A DNA stretch of 64,000 nucleotides from NCBI GenBank assembly GCA_041660005.1, contig JBAZXG010000003.1, forward strand, positions 64,835-128,834. Reading direction: 5' to 3'. This stretch comes from Patescibacteria group bacterium (lineage in GTDB: Bacteria > Patescibacteriota > Patescibacteriia > GWA2-46-9). Of the stretch, positions 19,310 to 29,296 are shown in pieces. Made by a program: the position numbers and the translations under genes. The notes under the pieces were generated by a model. That model worked only from the letters and a program-made list of their open reading frames with translations, was not told the origin of the DNA and searched no databases. Every line of letters starts with the position of its first letter. Position 1 is the first letter of the stretch.

Positions 19310-21489
19310 AAACCGTAACTTTCCAGATTAGCGGAATGCATTGCGCTTCGTGCGTCATAAAAAACGAGCGCAGCTTAAAGAAGATTGCTGGTGTCCAAAA
19401 CGCTAGCGTCAACTTTGCCATGAGTAACGCAACGGTAGAGTTCGATGAAAAATTGGCTTCAGAAAAGGCGCTGCATCACGCAGTCGAAAAAAATGGTTAC
19501 AAAGTGCTGACCGAAGAGCATGCCAAGGACCACAAAGACCACATGCAGCATGAGTTCAAGGCGACAAAACAGCGTGCGCTTGTCGCTCTGGCGCTTGCGC
19601 TGCCGGCAGTGGTGCTAGCAATGTCAGGAGTTGTTCTTCCGTACTCACTCGCCGGGTACAATCTTAGCGTGTTGCTGCAAGCTATTTTTGGAAGTACCGT
19701 TGTTTTGGTTCTTGGTTGGGAGTTCCATGTGAATATGTTGAAGCAAGCTAAAATGCTTTCGGCTGACATGGATACGCTGATTTCAATTGGCACGCTCGCA
19801 GCAGTCGGCTATAGCGTATGGGCAGTTGTGACAGGGTTAGCGCAACTTTATTTTGAGACGGGCGCTGTGATTACTGCGCTCATTTTGCTCGGGCGCTACT
19901 TCGAGGCGAAAAGCCGCGGACAAGCAAGTGAAGCCATTGAAAAGTTGCTAGAGCTCGGCGCAAAAAGTGCACGATTGATTGATGCGGAAGGACATGAGAA
20001 GGAAGTGCCAATTGAAGCCGTAAGAATAGGCGACATTTTGCTCGTAAAACCCGGAGAGAAAATTCCTGTGGATGCAACAATTACTCAAGGGGCGACCAGT
20101 ATTGATGAATCGATGTTAACCGGAGAGAGTATGCCCGTTGATAAACAGGTTGGCGACAGTGTTTTTGGTGCAACCATTAACATCAATGGTGCGGTGCAAG
20201 TTCGTGCCGAAAAAATTGGTAGCGATACCGTTCTTGCTCAAATTGTAAAAATGGTGAATGACGCGCAGGTACAAAAAGCGCCCATGCAAAAATTGGCAGA
20301 TAAAGCATCGAGCATCTTTGTACCATTTGTTCTTGTCTTTGCCGTACTCACCGGGGTTGTTTGGTATTTTTTGACTGGGGACATTACGCAAAGCATTATT
20401 CCAGCCGTAGCTGTTTTGGTCATTGCCTGTCCTTGCGCCTTGGGTTTGGCAACGCCGACGGCAATTATGGTGGGCACTGGTTTAGGTGCTAAGCGGGGCA
20501 TTCTCATAAAGAACGGCGAGTCACTAGAGCGCGGAAAGAAAATTGACGCAGTGCTTTTCGACAAAACAGGAACGCTTACAGAGGGAAAGCCAATTGTGAC
20601 CGATGTTGTTACCCTTTCAGAGTTATCTGAGGACAGTATTCTGCTCTACGCGGCGAGCCTCGAAAAACTTTCGGAACACCCTCTAGCTTCAGCTATTGTC
20701 AACGCCGCGACGGACAAAAAAATTGCCTTAAAAAAGGCAGACGCTTTCAAGAACGAAGCAGGCAAAGGTGTACGAGCTATAGTAGACGGAGAAAACATCA
20801 TCGTCGGTAGTACGCGTCTCATGGCGGAAGCTGGAATTTCTTCGGGGGATTATCTTTCAAAAGTTGAGGCGCTTGAGCTGCAGGCAAAAACAGTAATTGT
20901 GGTCATTAAAAATAACGTTCTCGTTGGTCTCATTGCGATTGCCGATACCTTAAAGTCAGATGCCAACGATGCGGTAGCGAAACTTCGTGCTATTGGTATT
21001 CAAACCATCATGATTAGTGGCGACAACCAAAAAACAGCGGAGGCGATTGCGCGTAGTGTCGGGATTGAAAAAGTTTTTGCTGGAGTGCTGCCACACGAAA
21101 AGGCAATCAAAGTGAAAGAGTTACAGCAAGCCGGTCTTAAGGTGGCATTTGTTGGAGATGGTATTAACGATGCGCCAGCGCTGGCAGAGGCCGATCTTGG
21201 CATCGCCATGGGCACAGGAACGGACATTGCGATTGAATCAGGTAATATCGTTCTCGTTAAAGGTAATCCTTCGAAGGTTGTTGAGGCACTTCTTTTGTCT
21301 CAGTTAACCTTTCGAACGATTAAGCAAAATATGTTTTGGGCGTTCTTCTACAATATCGCTGCGCTACCCCTAGCAGCGCTTGGGCTCTTGAATCCGATGA
21401 TCGCAGCGGGGGCTATGGCGTTTTCGAGCGTCAGCGTTGTTGGAAATAGTCTTCGCATCAAAAGGTTTAATAGAGCGAATGCTCGCTAA
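19306..21489 (+). CDS. copA: Copper-translocating P1B-type ATPase
   Basis: N-terminal [16 protein letters not shown] motif [19 protein letters not shown] phosphorylation site, and [10 protein letters not shown]. Confidence 0.9.
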   Translation: MKTVTFQISGMHCASCVIKNERSLKKIAGVQNASVNFAMSNATVEFDEKLASEKALHHAVEKNGYKVLTEEHAKDHKDHMQHEFKATKQRALVALALALPAVVLAMSGVVLPYSLAGYNLSVLLQAIFGSTVVLVLGWEFHVNMLKQAKMLSADMDTLISIGTLAAVGYSVWAVVTGLAQLYFETGAVITALILLGRYFEAKSRGQASEAIEKLLELGAKSARLIDAEGHEKEVPIEAVRIGDILLVKPGEKIPVDATITQGATSIDESMLTGESMPVDKQVGDSVFGATININGAVQVRAEKIGSDTVLAQIVKMVNDAQVQKAPMQKLADKASSIFVPFVLVFAVLTGVVWYFLTGDITQSIIPAVAVLVIACPCALGLATPTAIMVGTGLGAKRGILIKNGESLERGKKIDAVLFDKTGTLTEGKPIVTDVVTLSELSEDSILLYAASLEKLSEHPLASAIVNAATDKKIALKKADAFKNEAGKGVRAIVDGENIIVGSTRLMAEAGISSGDYLSKVEALELQAKTVIVVIKNNVLVGLIAIADTLKSDANDAVAKLRAIGIQTIMISGDNQKTAEAIARSVGIEKVFAGVLPHEKAIKVKELQQAGLKVAFVGDGINDAPALAEADLGIAMGTGTDIAIESGNIVLVKGNPSKVVEALLLSQLTFRTIKQNMFWAFFYNIAALPLAALGLLNPMIAAGAMAFSSVSVVGNSLRIKRFNRANAR

Positions 21490-21672
21490 CTATTTCTTTA
21501 TGTTTCATGAAGAAGTGTCCCCGTCCGAGGCAACTGAAGAAAATGCGAAAATGTATTTTTTTTCCGGCGTTGCCGTTGGTATTCTTTCGCTTTGCACTAT
21601 CGGATTTTTCGTGCTTCTTGCGGTGATGTTTGCGTCTAAGTAGTTAGGGCAGTTTGTTTGCCCTCGTTTGCA

Positions 21673-21749
21673 GCGGTAACGTTTCTCTCTAAAAGGTCGT
21701 GTCGTATTCGATCCATGAGGGCGAAAACGTTACCGCTTTCGGTTTTTTT
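21673..21749 (+). terminator. Putative intrinsic terminator or attenuator with a long loop, downstream of the cop operon
   Basis: 12-bp stem GCGGTAACGTTT...AAACGTTACCGC enclosing a loop of about 38 nt, followed by tttcggttttttt. Confidence 0.35.
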
Positions 21750-21763
21750 GTTACAATTCATGC

Positions 21764-22402
21764 ATGACCAAAAGTTCTCCTATTGAACTTCGAGAGAGCG
21801 AGCGCATTATAGAGGTGTTCAGCCAATACTGGCTTCGCTTCGGACTTATATTGGCTTCGCTTGTTGTTCTCTTCACGCTGCCATTTTTCTTTCTTTGGCC
21901 TCTCTTTAAGCTTGGCTACTTTGGCTTAGCTATCTTTGCGTTTCTTGTGTTTACTCTTGCTGTGCTTATGCTTCGCGAATTCTATAAGTGGAGAAACACC
22001 ACGCTTATTGCTACCACGAAAAGGATTGTCGTTAAGGAGCAGCGGGCACTTTTCAACAGTATTACCTCGGAGGTTGCGCTTACCACTCTAGCCGACGTTG
22101 AGGAGCAGAGAAGGGGATTTTGGCAAACCGTTGCCGGTTATGGCACGGTCATTCTGCGAGCCGATGGTCGAACTGACCCTATCTACTTTCATCATGTGGG
22201 TCGCCCTCATTTTGTGCGTCAGATGCTTTTGGAACTACGAGATACAACACCCGACAATGTTACAGAGCTTACCGGTGAGTGGTGGTGGGACAGATTTGTT
22301 CAGCTTGAAGGTAAGGAACAACACACCTTACTCGCAAAAGCGCGCTCACTTATGGGTGAAGATAAATGGCGAGAACTTTTTCGACCATACCCTGACGCAT
22401 AG
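21764..22402 (+). CDS. Membrane protein with a bacterial PH-like (YdbS/DUF304-type) domain
   Basis: Two N-terminal TM helices followed by ...TTKRIVVKEQRALFNSITSEVALTTLADVEEQRRGFWQTVAGYGTVIL, which resembles bPH_2. Confidence 0.35.
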   Translation: MTKSSPIELRESERIIEVFSQYWLRFGLILASLVVLFTLPFFFLWPLFKLGYFGLAIFAFLVFTLAVLMLREFYKWRNTTLIATTKRIVVKEQRALFNSITSEVALTTLADVEEQRRGFWQTVAGYGTVILRADGRTDPIYFHHVGRPHFVRQMLLELRDTTPDNVTELTGEWWWDRFVQLEGKEQHTLLAKARSLMGEDKWRELFRPYPDA

Positions 22403-22404
22403 TT

Positions 22405-22794
22405 ATGAAATTACCCGTTTTACGTTTGAACAGAGAACAATTATTACCATGGGGTCTTGGCCTGCTTATTGCCCTTCTGGTTATTGGGAATGTTAAATTG
22501 GTGATTAAGCGCTACCAAATACAGAAAGAATCTGATAAGTTATATGCGGAGCAGCAAAAGCTTCGGGACTCCAATAGTGATTTAAGTAAGTTACTGGAGT
22601 ACGTGCGTACTCCGGCATTTGTTGAAGAGGAGGCAAGACTACGTTTTAATTTGGCAAAACCAGGAGAAAAAATTTTTATTGTTCCAGAGGGAAACGAGAA
22701 TGCAGAGGGTACAAATAGTGAAACAGGGGGTTCCAGTAGTAACAATGGCACCTGGTTTTCTAACTGGTGGCAGCATTTTTTTGGTAATAAATAA
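22405..22794 (+). CDS. Septum formation initiator family protein (FtsB/DivIC-like)
   Basis: One TM helix, then the coiled coil ESDKLYAEQQKLRDSNSDLSKLLEYVRTPAFVEEEARLRFNLAKPGEKIFIV. Confidence 0.6.
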   Translation: MKLPVLRLNREQLLPWGLGLLIALLVIGNVKLVIKRYQIQKESDKLYAEQQKLRDSNSDLSKLLEYVRTPAFVEEEARLRFNLAKPGEKIFIVPEGNENAEGTNSETGGSSSNNGTWFSNWWQHFFGNK

Positions 22795-22796
22795 CT

Positions 22797-23726
22797 ATGT
22801 CTGACAGTAAAGAAAAAGATTTGAACAAGCCGGCATTTGATGAACCGACAAGGAAGCGGATGCATGAAGTGGTTCTCGCTTGGTTGCAGAAACACGGTTC
22901 GGAAAGTAATGTCAGCACGCCAACTATCGCGTCTGCGCGAGTACCATCGAGCCCTTTACCTGTTGAGGAGAAGCCCAAAAAAGAGCTGAAGACAGCCGTG
23001 CGTCGGCAAACGAGCGCACCGCAAGAAATAAAAAAACAAGCCGTGATACTCGACCCGTCACACGAGCTTGCTTCTCCGCGCATGCCACTTCTGTTAACGT
23101 CGGGTAGTCACCTGCATACACTACTTAGAAAATTCGTTACTGTTGCGGTGTATGCATTTGTTGGTGTTCATATTTTGGCCGCGCTACTTGTTTACGGGTT
23201 TAAGCAAACGAACGGTGTCGCGCAAGTGTTATCCAACTTTGTGCCGTTGCCTTACGCTTTTGTGAGTTATCATCCAATTTTTTATAGCGAAATCAATAAA
23301 GAGACTGACGCACTCGACCTTTTCTACAGTCAACAGACGGCTCAGAATGTTCGCCGACCAACAAGAGACGACATTCATAGATTGGTCACTACTGCTATAA
23401 CGCGGCGACTCGTTGCAGAGGAATTGGCGCGTCGTCGAGGAATTTGGGTTACAGAAAAGGATATTGATGCGGCACTCGCAAAAGTTGTTGAACAGGCAGG
23501 TTCACTTGATAAAGTTAAAGGCTCTATCAAACAACTTTGGGGCTGGCGCCTCAGCGAATATCGCTACTACGTACTTCGTCCGTATCTTGTTAAGGAGCAG
23601 TTGTTGGTTGCGTTCTCTGAGGACCCGATTATCAAGCGCGAGTTACCAGCCGGTAGCAGCATCCAGTCGCTCGATCGCTACCTCGATAAAGTTGCCCCTA
23701 CAATGCTGAAGCAAGTTGGCCCGTAG
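22797..23726 (+). CDS. Hypothetical membrane protein (possible SurA_N-like chaperone segment)
   Basis: ORF with a central TM helix. C-terminal region VTTAITRRLVAEELARRRGIWVTEKDIDAAL loosely resembles PpiD/SurA N-domains. Confidence 0.3.
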   Translation: MSDSKEKDLNKPAFDEPTRKRMHEVVLAWLQKHGSESNVSTPTIASARVPSSPLPVEEKPKKELKTAVRRQTSAPQEIKKQAVILDPSHELASPRMPLLLTSGSHLHTLLRKFVTVAVYAFVGVHILAALLVYGFKQTNGVAQVLSNFVPLPYAFVSYHPIFYSEINKETDALDLFYSQQTAQNVRRPTRDDIHRLVTTAITRRLVAEELARRRGIWVTEKDIDAALAKVVEQAGSLDKVKGSIKQLWGWRLSEYRYYVLRPYLVKEQLLVAFSEDPIIKRELPAGSSIQSLDRYLDKVAPTMLKQVGP

Positions 23727-23986
23727 GGTCGACTATTAGGGGGCTTTATTTTAGTCCAATACCTCGACGGCTTGCCGCGAAATTAAAATAAAACTAAAAT
23801 ATCCCGCGTAGCTCCCTGACCGGCCGTAGCCTTGCTGTGTCCTGCCGTAGTTTTGTACGAAGGAGGAGCGAAGGAGGTTAGCGAAGTGGGATTACTTATG
23901 CACATACCCCGTCCGCACGCGGCGGGGGTGATTGATCAGTTGATTTACTCGTGTCATAATTAGTTCATTATTTAACATTCAAAACT

Positions 23987-24550
23987 ATGAAAAAAGGACT
24001 AATAATAGGAGCAGTTATCGTTGTTGGTTTGTTTCTTTACAGCTTCAGCATTTACAACCGCATGGTGACCAGTTCCGAGGCGGTGGACGGGCAGTGGGCT
24101 CAAGTTGAGACGCAGTATCAGCGCCGATTTGATTTGATTCCAAACTTAGTGGAGTCAGTGAAGGGGATTTTCGAACAAGAAAAGTCAGTCTTTGGTCTTA
24201 TTGCAGAAGCGCGCACCAAGTACGCCGGTGCTGTGGCTAGCGGAACGGTTGCCGAAAAAGTAGCGGCCACGAACCAAGTTGAGTCGGCCTTAGCTAGACT
24301 CTTGGTTGTGGTAGAGAATTACCCTGAGCTTCGTTCTTCAGAAAGTGTGCAGACCTTAATGGCGCAACTAGAGGGTACTGAAAACCGGGTAAGCGTTGAG
24401 CGGAAGCGCTTTAACGATCAGGTGCGCGATTACAACGTTCTCATTAAGCGTTTTCCAGCAAGCGTGCTAGCGCGCATGTACGGATTTGACGTCAAAATAT
24501 ATTTTGAGTCAGTGAGCGGCGCAGAGACAGCACCTAAGGTTGAATTTTAG
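23987..24550 (+). CDS. lemA: LemA family protein
   Basis: N-terminal TM helix plus QWAQVETQYQRRFDLIPNLVESVKG and ENYPELRSSE, typical of LemA. Confidence 0.8.
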   Translation: MKKGLIIGAVIVVGLFLYSFSIYNRMVTSSEAVDGQWAQVETQYQRRFDLIPNLVESVKGIFEQEKSVFGLIAEARTKYAGAVASGTVAEKVAATNQVESALARLLVVVENYPELRSSESVQTLMAQLEGTENRVSVERKRFNDQVRDYNVLIKRFPASVLARMYGFDVKIYFESVSGAETAPKVEF

Positions 24551-24570
24551 CGACAATTTTGTAGCTTCGT

Positions 24571-25446
24571 TTGTTCATGCGTAAAAAATACGCCGCCGCG
24601 CTATTTGCGTTACTCTTAACGCCGTTAATAGCGGCGGCGTATTTTAGTCCTGGTATACCAACGGGGTTTGTTAATGATTTTGCCAGTGTTTTGTCTGCTG
24701 ACCAAAAGCAATCACTGGAGTTAAAACTTTCCAATAACAATAAAACAAGCGGCAATGAAATTTCGGTCGTAACAATTCAAAGTTTGAAAGGGGATACGGT
24801 TGAAAACTATGCAGTAGAATTATTTAAAGAGTGGGGGATTGGTAAAAAGGGGAAAGACAACGGCGTTTTGCTACTCGCTGCAATAGAGGACAGAAAAGTA
24901 AGAATAGAGGTTGGCTATGGTCTTGAAGGGTCGCTCACAGACGCACAAAGTTATTGGATCATTCAAAATGATATTGTCCCAAATTTTAGGAGCACGAAAT
25001 ACTACGCAGGATTAAATTTGGCAACGAACCATATCATTGCGGTAACCAGCGGCGAGCAACTGCCAGTAGCGCAAGACCAGTCTTCAAACACACTTCCCGT
25101 AGACTGGAAACTGTTCGCTTATTTAATTTTCTTTATTCCCTTGTGGTTGGCTAGTGTTCTCGGTCGATCAAAGTCATGGTGGACCGGTGGACTTCTTGGT
25201 GGTGCTGTGGCGATTGTCGGTGGCTTAATAATGGGTTTTTTGTATTTTGGTTTAATTGCTTTTGTTATTTTGGTTCCACTGGGTCTTTTCTTTGATTTTA
25301 TAGTTTCTAAATCGTACACAAAAGGTAAGGCACGTGGGCATATCCCTTGGTGGATTGGCGGCGGCAAAGGTGGGATGGGTGGCGGAGGTTTCGGCGGATT
25401 TGGCGGCGGTTCATCTGGTGGTGGCGGTGCAAGTGGGGGATGGTAA
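24571..25446 (+). CDS. TPM-domain protein (YgcG-like) with a Gly-rich C-terminus
   Basis: Signal peptide, FVNDFASVLSADQKQSLELKL and RKVRIEVGYGLEG TPM motifs, C-terminal TM helix and a GGGFGGFGGG tail. Usual partner of lemA. Confidence 0.75.
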   Translation: MFMRKKYAAALFALLLTPLIAAAYFSPGIPTGFVNDFASVLSADQKQSLELKLSNNNKTSGNEISVVTIQSLKGDTVENYAVELFKEWGIGKKGKDNGVLLLAAIEDRKVRIEVGYGLEGSLTDAQSYWIIQNDIVPNFRSTKYYAGLNLATNHIIAVTSGEQLPVAQDQSSNTLPVDWKLFAYLIFFIPLWLASVLGRSKSWWTGGLLGGAVAIVGGLIMGFLYFGLIAFVILVPLGLFFDFIVSKSYTKGKARGHIPWWIGGGKGGMGGGGFGGFGGGSSGGGGASGGW

Positions 25447-25537
25447 TTAAAATCGGGCGGCGGAAAACTAATTTAGGTTGACGGACACGATAAAATGTGC
25501 TAGTATATTGATGTTAATTCATATATAAATAACTTAT

Positions 25538-25999
25538 ATGGGAGAACGCGAGCACACAGGTGACATTCCTGCAGATTGGAATAAAGATGCAAAGGAAGTT
25601 AGTCCTGATGATTGGGCGAGGGCTCGAATGGGTCTTGGTACGCCACCACAAGTTGAGGTTGATAAAGTTCGATCAGTGAGCGAACAGCTCAAAAATTTAC
25701 GTGATGCTTTACCTATTGCTGGGAAGCTTGAGTTTGTCGATCGTTTCCGGAAGAAATATCCGGATGCAGGAGCCGATATAAACCCACGTCAAGATATAAC
25801 CGCAGAAGAAGTCGATGAGTTATACATGAAATGTCTTACACGAGTCATGGACATAGAAGCACAAAGAGGGGGTAGTCGCTATGCTTATGAGGAACCACTA
25901 CAAAAACTTAGAGAGGAAGCGCCTGTTGTTTTTACAGAACCCACAAAGGCACAAGCACCCGAATCAACCGATGCTGCTGAGGTAAGTAGTGCGGAATAG
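25538..25999 (+). CDS. Hypothetical acidic protein
   Basis: ORF only. No motif recognised. Confidence 0.3.
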   Translation: MGEREHTGDIPADWNKDAKEVSPDDWARARMGLGTPPQVEVDKVRSVSEQLKNLRDALPIAGKLEFVDRFRKKYPDAGADINPRQDITAEEVDELYMKCLTRVMDIEAQRGGSRYAYEEPLQKLREEAPVVFTEPTKAQAPESTDAAEVSSAE

Positions 26000-26020
26000 T
26001 TAGAAAAGAACACTCAACAA

Positions 26021-26049
26021 AAGAGCGACCACAAGGGTCGCTCTTTTGA
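26021..26049 (+). terminator. Intrinsic terminator
   Basis: Stem AAGAGCGACC/GGTCGCTCTT with an ACAA loop, followed by TTTT. Confidence 0.6.
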
Positions 26050-26113
26050 TTATGTTTAATTTATATATAAGTCCTCTTAATACAGTCTTCAAACCAAGTT
26101 TAACTTGGTACTC

Positions 26114-26171
26114 ATCTTGGCCCAGTCAAACTGGGCACACCTGCGTCAAACCAAGTTTGACTTGGTGGAGC
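26114..26171 (-). repeat. tRNA 3'-trailer repeat, copy 1 (nested palindromes; about 58 bp). Second copy at 27282-27339
   Basis: atcttggcccagtcaaactgggcacacctgcgtcaaaccaagtttgacttggtggagc occurs essentially identically downstream of both tRNA-Thr and tRNA-Gly. It contains the hairpins CCAAGT-ttg-ACTTGG and CCCAGT-caa-ACTGGG. Confidence 0.7.
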
Positions 26172-26241
26172 CACCTCCCGGATTTGAACCGGGGACCTCT
26201 ACTTTACGAAAGTATTGCTCTACCAGCTGAGCTAAGGTGGC
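26166..26241 (-). tRNA. tRNA-Thr (anticodon CGU)
   Basis: The reverse complement gives GCCACCT-TA-GCTCAGCTGGTAGAGC-A-ATACT-TTCGTAA-AGTAG-AGGTC-CCCGG-TTCAAAT-CCGGG-AGGTGGC-T-CCA. Confidence 0.85.
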
Positions 26242-26263
26242 AAAAGTTGTTTCAACTATGTTA

Positions 26264-27199
26264 TTAGTTATTTGGCTGTGTCCAGCAATGTATTCCGCTC
26301 GACATTGTTGCACAGAGTTTGTAGTGTTGTCCATCCTCAGAGGCGACATAAGTAAAACGTTTGAGCTGAATTTGATTGTCTTTATCTGTTGACTCGTCTA
26401 ATGTAATTTGCGCTTCAAGGAGTGTTTTCGGGTAAATCTTATATCTCAAGTAGAATAAATCAAGTTCAGCTCGCAAGAATTGACTCTTTCCCGATAACAT
26501 TTCGTCACTTGTATTAATTGAAACATTCACTTGTTGAATCATGTTAACAATTCCAAATGCAATTACTAAAACAACGACAATTATCGATACACCCGTAACA
26601 AATTGTTCAACTGCAAGGGATTTTCTGGATCGATTAATAATTATTTCTTTGTGCTGGAAACAATAAAGCAGCAGATAGTAAACGACAATAATATCAACCC
26701 CATGCAAACAAGTAAGATATGAATTGATTGAGTTGTAAGAAATAAGGAGATAGAGAAGAAAACCAAAAATATTGATTCCGGTAACCCAATTAACAATTTG
26801 TTTTGATCGGGTAGCATCAATTTGGCTTGTCTTAATTACACTATTTGTTGCAATCCAAATTGCAAACGAACTTGCCGAAAGATAAAGAAGTGCCACGAGT
26901 AGTAGTAGTGCTGCACGTGTTAGTTGCTGAGTAACGTCAGGAAGAAAAAAATTAACTAAGATACTGCCGAAGGTAAATACAAACGAACCGACAGCTAGTC
27001 GTGTAATTATTATGGTCCTTACTTGCCAGAATAAGCTTCGTTGAGATGGTAGGATGGGTGGTGTTGTAGGAGAAACTTCCATAAGGGTAAGGGTTATTTT
27101 CTTGGAGCGCTGCTTATCGCGAGACAATGACCTTATCATCAGGCAGTGGTTCATTCGATAACTCTGAGTACCGCAAACGTAATATTTATTGCTATCCAT
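26264..27199 (-). CDS. Hypothetical polytopic membrane protein
   Basis: ORF with at least 6 hydrophobic helices. Flanked by the two minus-strand tRNAs. Confidence 0.4.
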   Translation of the reverse strand: MDSNKYYVCGTQSYRMNHCLMIRSLSRDKQRSKKITLTLMEVSPTTPPILPSQRSLFWQVRTIIITRLAVGSFVFTFGSILVNFFLPDVTQQLTRAALLLLVALLYLSASSFAIWIATNSVIKTSQIDATRSKQIVNWVTGINIFGFLLYLLISYNSINSYLTCLHGVDIIVVYYLLLYCFQHKEIIINRSRKSLAVEQFVTGVSIIVVVLVIAFGIVNMIQQVNVSINTSDEMLSGKSQFLRAELDLFYLRYKIYPKTLLEAQITLDESTDKDNQIQLKRFTYVASEDGQHYKLCATMSSGIHCWTQPNN

Positions 27200-27281
27200 A
27201 TGCCTGCGACGTCTGACGTCGCATACATAAAATATAATTACCTATCCCGTCAAACAAGACAGAATGTTTGACTTGCTAGGA

Positions 27282-27339
27282 ATCTTGGCCCAGTCAAACT
27301 GGGCACACCTGCGTCAAACCAAGTTTGACTTGGTGGAGC
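27282..27339 (-). repeat. tRNA 3'-trailer repeat, copy 2
   Basis: Near-identical to 26114-26171, immediately 3' of tRNA-Gly. Confidence 0.7.
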
Positions 27340-27407
27340 GGGATACGGGAATCGAACCCGTGCCTAAACCTTGGGAAGGTCTCGTACTGCCATTATACTA
27401 ATCCCGC
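27334..27407 (-). tRNA. tRNA-Gly (anticodon CCC)
   Basis: The reverse complement gives GCGGGAT-TA-GTAT-AATGGCA-GTAC-G-AGACC-TTCCCAA-GGTTT-AGGC-ACGGG-TTCGATT-CCCGT-ATCCCGC-T-CCA. Confidence 0.85.
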
Positions 27408-27582
27408 GCAAAGGAACAGCTAAAACGTTAAATGTAAAAGGACTTTGCGTCCCGAGTGTATCGAGGGGCTACCTTAATCTTAACGCCCTGAGCGAAGTCG
27501 ACCTATGGTGAGCGTATAATTACTAGCTATTCGCTTTTTTCAATCATCACAATTTGCTATACTATATTGTACCAAACATCAG

Positions 27583-28302
27583 ATGACAAGCGAACCAAAA
27601 AATAAACAAAAAAATCAACCCATGATAGAGCTGAAAGGCGTGAGCAAGCTCTATGGGGACAATATTACTGCATTGCAAAGTGTCAGTTTTAGTATTGTTC
27701 CTGGAGAACTCGTGTCCGTCGTCGGCAGATCTGGAGCTGGCAAGAGCACTATTGTTCGGTTATTACTTGCTGAGGAGAAGGTCTCGCGCGGCAGCATCAG
27801 CGTCGGTGGCTGGGACATAACAAATGTTTCGCGTCGCGACGTACCGCAGTTGCGTCGGCAGATTGGCACGGTTTTTCAAGACTTTAAATTGCTTCCCAAA
27901 AAAACTATTTTTGAAAATGTTGCCTTTGCGCTCGAGGTGAGTGGAGAAGCATCAAAGATTATTCGTGAAGTGGTGCCGCAAGTTTTGCAACTGGTCGGTT
28001 TAGGTAACCGCTTGCATCAATACCCGGCGCAACTTTCTGGCGGTGAACAGCAGCGTGCCAGTATTGCGCGTTCACTCATCCATCGTCCGAAGCTGTTACT
28101 TGCTGACGAACCGACAGGGAATCTTGACTCGATTAACACCGCAGAAATTATTGATCTTCTAAAAAAGATTAATGATCTTGGCACCACCGTGGTGCTGGTA
28201 ACGCACAACCGCGACGTAGTGAATACTTTGCGTAAGCGCGTTATCACGCTCGACAAGGGAACTATTATTTCAGACCAAGCTGTTGGTCGTTACGTTTTAT
28301 AA
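27583..28302 (+). CDS. ftsE: Cell division ATP-binding protein FtsE (the start may be the internal ATG at 27622)
   Basis: Walker A GRSGAGKST, ABC signature LSGGEQQR, Walker B LLLADEPTGNLD. Adjacent to ftsX. Confidence 0.85.
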   Translation: MTSEPKNKQKNQPMIELKGVSKLYGDNITALQSVSFSIVPGELVSVVGRSGAGKSTIVRLLLAEEKVSRGSISVGGWDITNVSRRDVPQLRRQIGTVFQDFKLLPKKTIFENVAFALEVSGEASKIIREVVPQVLQLVGLGNRLHQYPAQLSGGEQQRASIARSLIHRPKLLLADEPTGNLDSINTAEIIDLLKKINDLGTTVVLVTHNRDVVNTLRKRVITLDKGTIISDQAVGRYVL

Positions 28303-29235
28303 TTGAGAATTGAGGTCATTATGATTGCTGCTACACATAGAGTCCTACGTTTTGCTCTCCAGTCAATGTGGAGAAATTTATGGTTGACCATTGCCACAGG
28401 CGCCACAATTGCCCTCACGGTTTTTTCTCTGAGCAGTCTTCTGGCTATTCACGTTGGCATTGCACAAGTTGTTCGGTCGGTCGAGAGTCAGCTTGATCTT
28501 ACGTTGACACTTTACCCAACCGTCACGGAGTCACAAGCAAATACCCTCGTTGTTGCCATCAATGGACTCCCAAATGTAAAGAAAGTTACCTACGTATCTA
28601 AGGAGCAAGTGCTCGAAGAGCAAAAACAAAGTGGCGACGCCGAAGTGCTACGGTCGCTAGAAGCGATCGGGGAGAACCCTTTTGGCGCGTCACTCATTGT
28701 TGAAGCCACAGACTCGAAGGCGTATCTCGCGATCATTGACGAGCTAAAAAAAGAGCAGTACTCCGCGCTTATCGAAGGCCAAGAAAAGCACTTTGAAGAG
28801 AACAAGAATTTTTTGCAGAATTTCTCCAATTTTGCCGATAAGGTCCGCTATGCAGCACTGGCTGTAACGGCTGTATTTGCCCTTATAAGCGCCTTAATGG
28901 TGTTTAATGCCGTACGGGTAGCGATTTACACACAGAGGGAGGAAATCACGGTTATGCGCCTCGTCGGAGCGACAAGTTCATTCATTCGTGGACCATACCT
29001 CGCCGAACTATTTATTTACTCTGTTACGTCAGTCATTATTGGCGGTGCGTTATTCATGGGTCTGCTGTATGCCGGCCAACCCTATCTATCAACGTATTTT
29101 GGTCAGGAAAATGTTAACTTACTCGGATATTTCCAAGACAATGCACTCCTTATTTTTGGCGCTCAATTTGTAGGGCTAATGCTTTTGAGCATGGTCAGCG
29201 CGTCACTGGCAGTGCAGCGATATTTGAGCGTTTAG
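28303..29235 (+). CDS. ftsX: Cell division permease FtsX
   Basis: One N-terminal TM helix, an extracellular domain, then 3 TM helices with MRLVGATSSFIRGPYLAE, typical of FtsX. Immediately follows ftsE. Confidence 0.8.
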   Translation: MRIEVIMIAATHRVLRFALQSMWRNLWLTIATGATIALTVFSLSSLLAIHVGIAQVVRSVESQLDLTLTLYPTVTESQANTLVVAINGLPNVKKVTYVSKEQVLEEQKQSGDAEVLRSLEAIGENPFGASLIVEATDSKAYLAIIDELKKEQYSALIEGQEKHFEENKNFLQNFSNFADKVRYAALAVTAVFALISALMVFNAVRVAIYTQREEITVMRLVGATSSFIRGPYLAELFIYSVTSVIIGGALFMGLLYAGQPYLSTYFGQENVNLLGYFQDNALLIFGAQFVGLMLLSMVSASLAVQRYLSV

Positions 29236-29296
29236 TGTATCTAAACGCCCGCTGTTTACTGAAATCACAATAATCGTTACTATAAGGCGCACCTGA

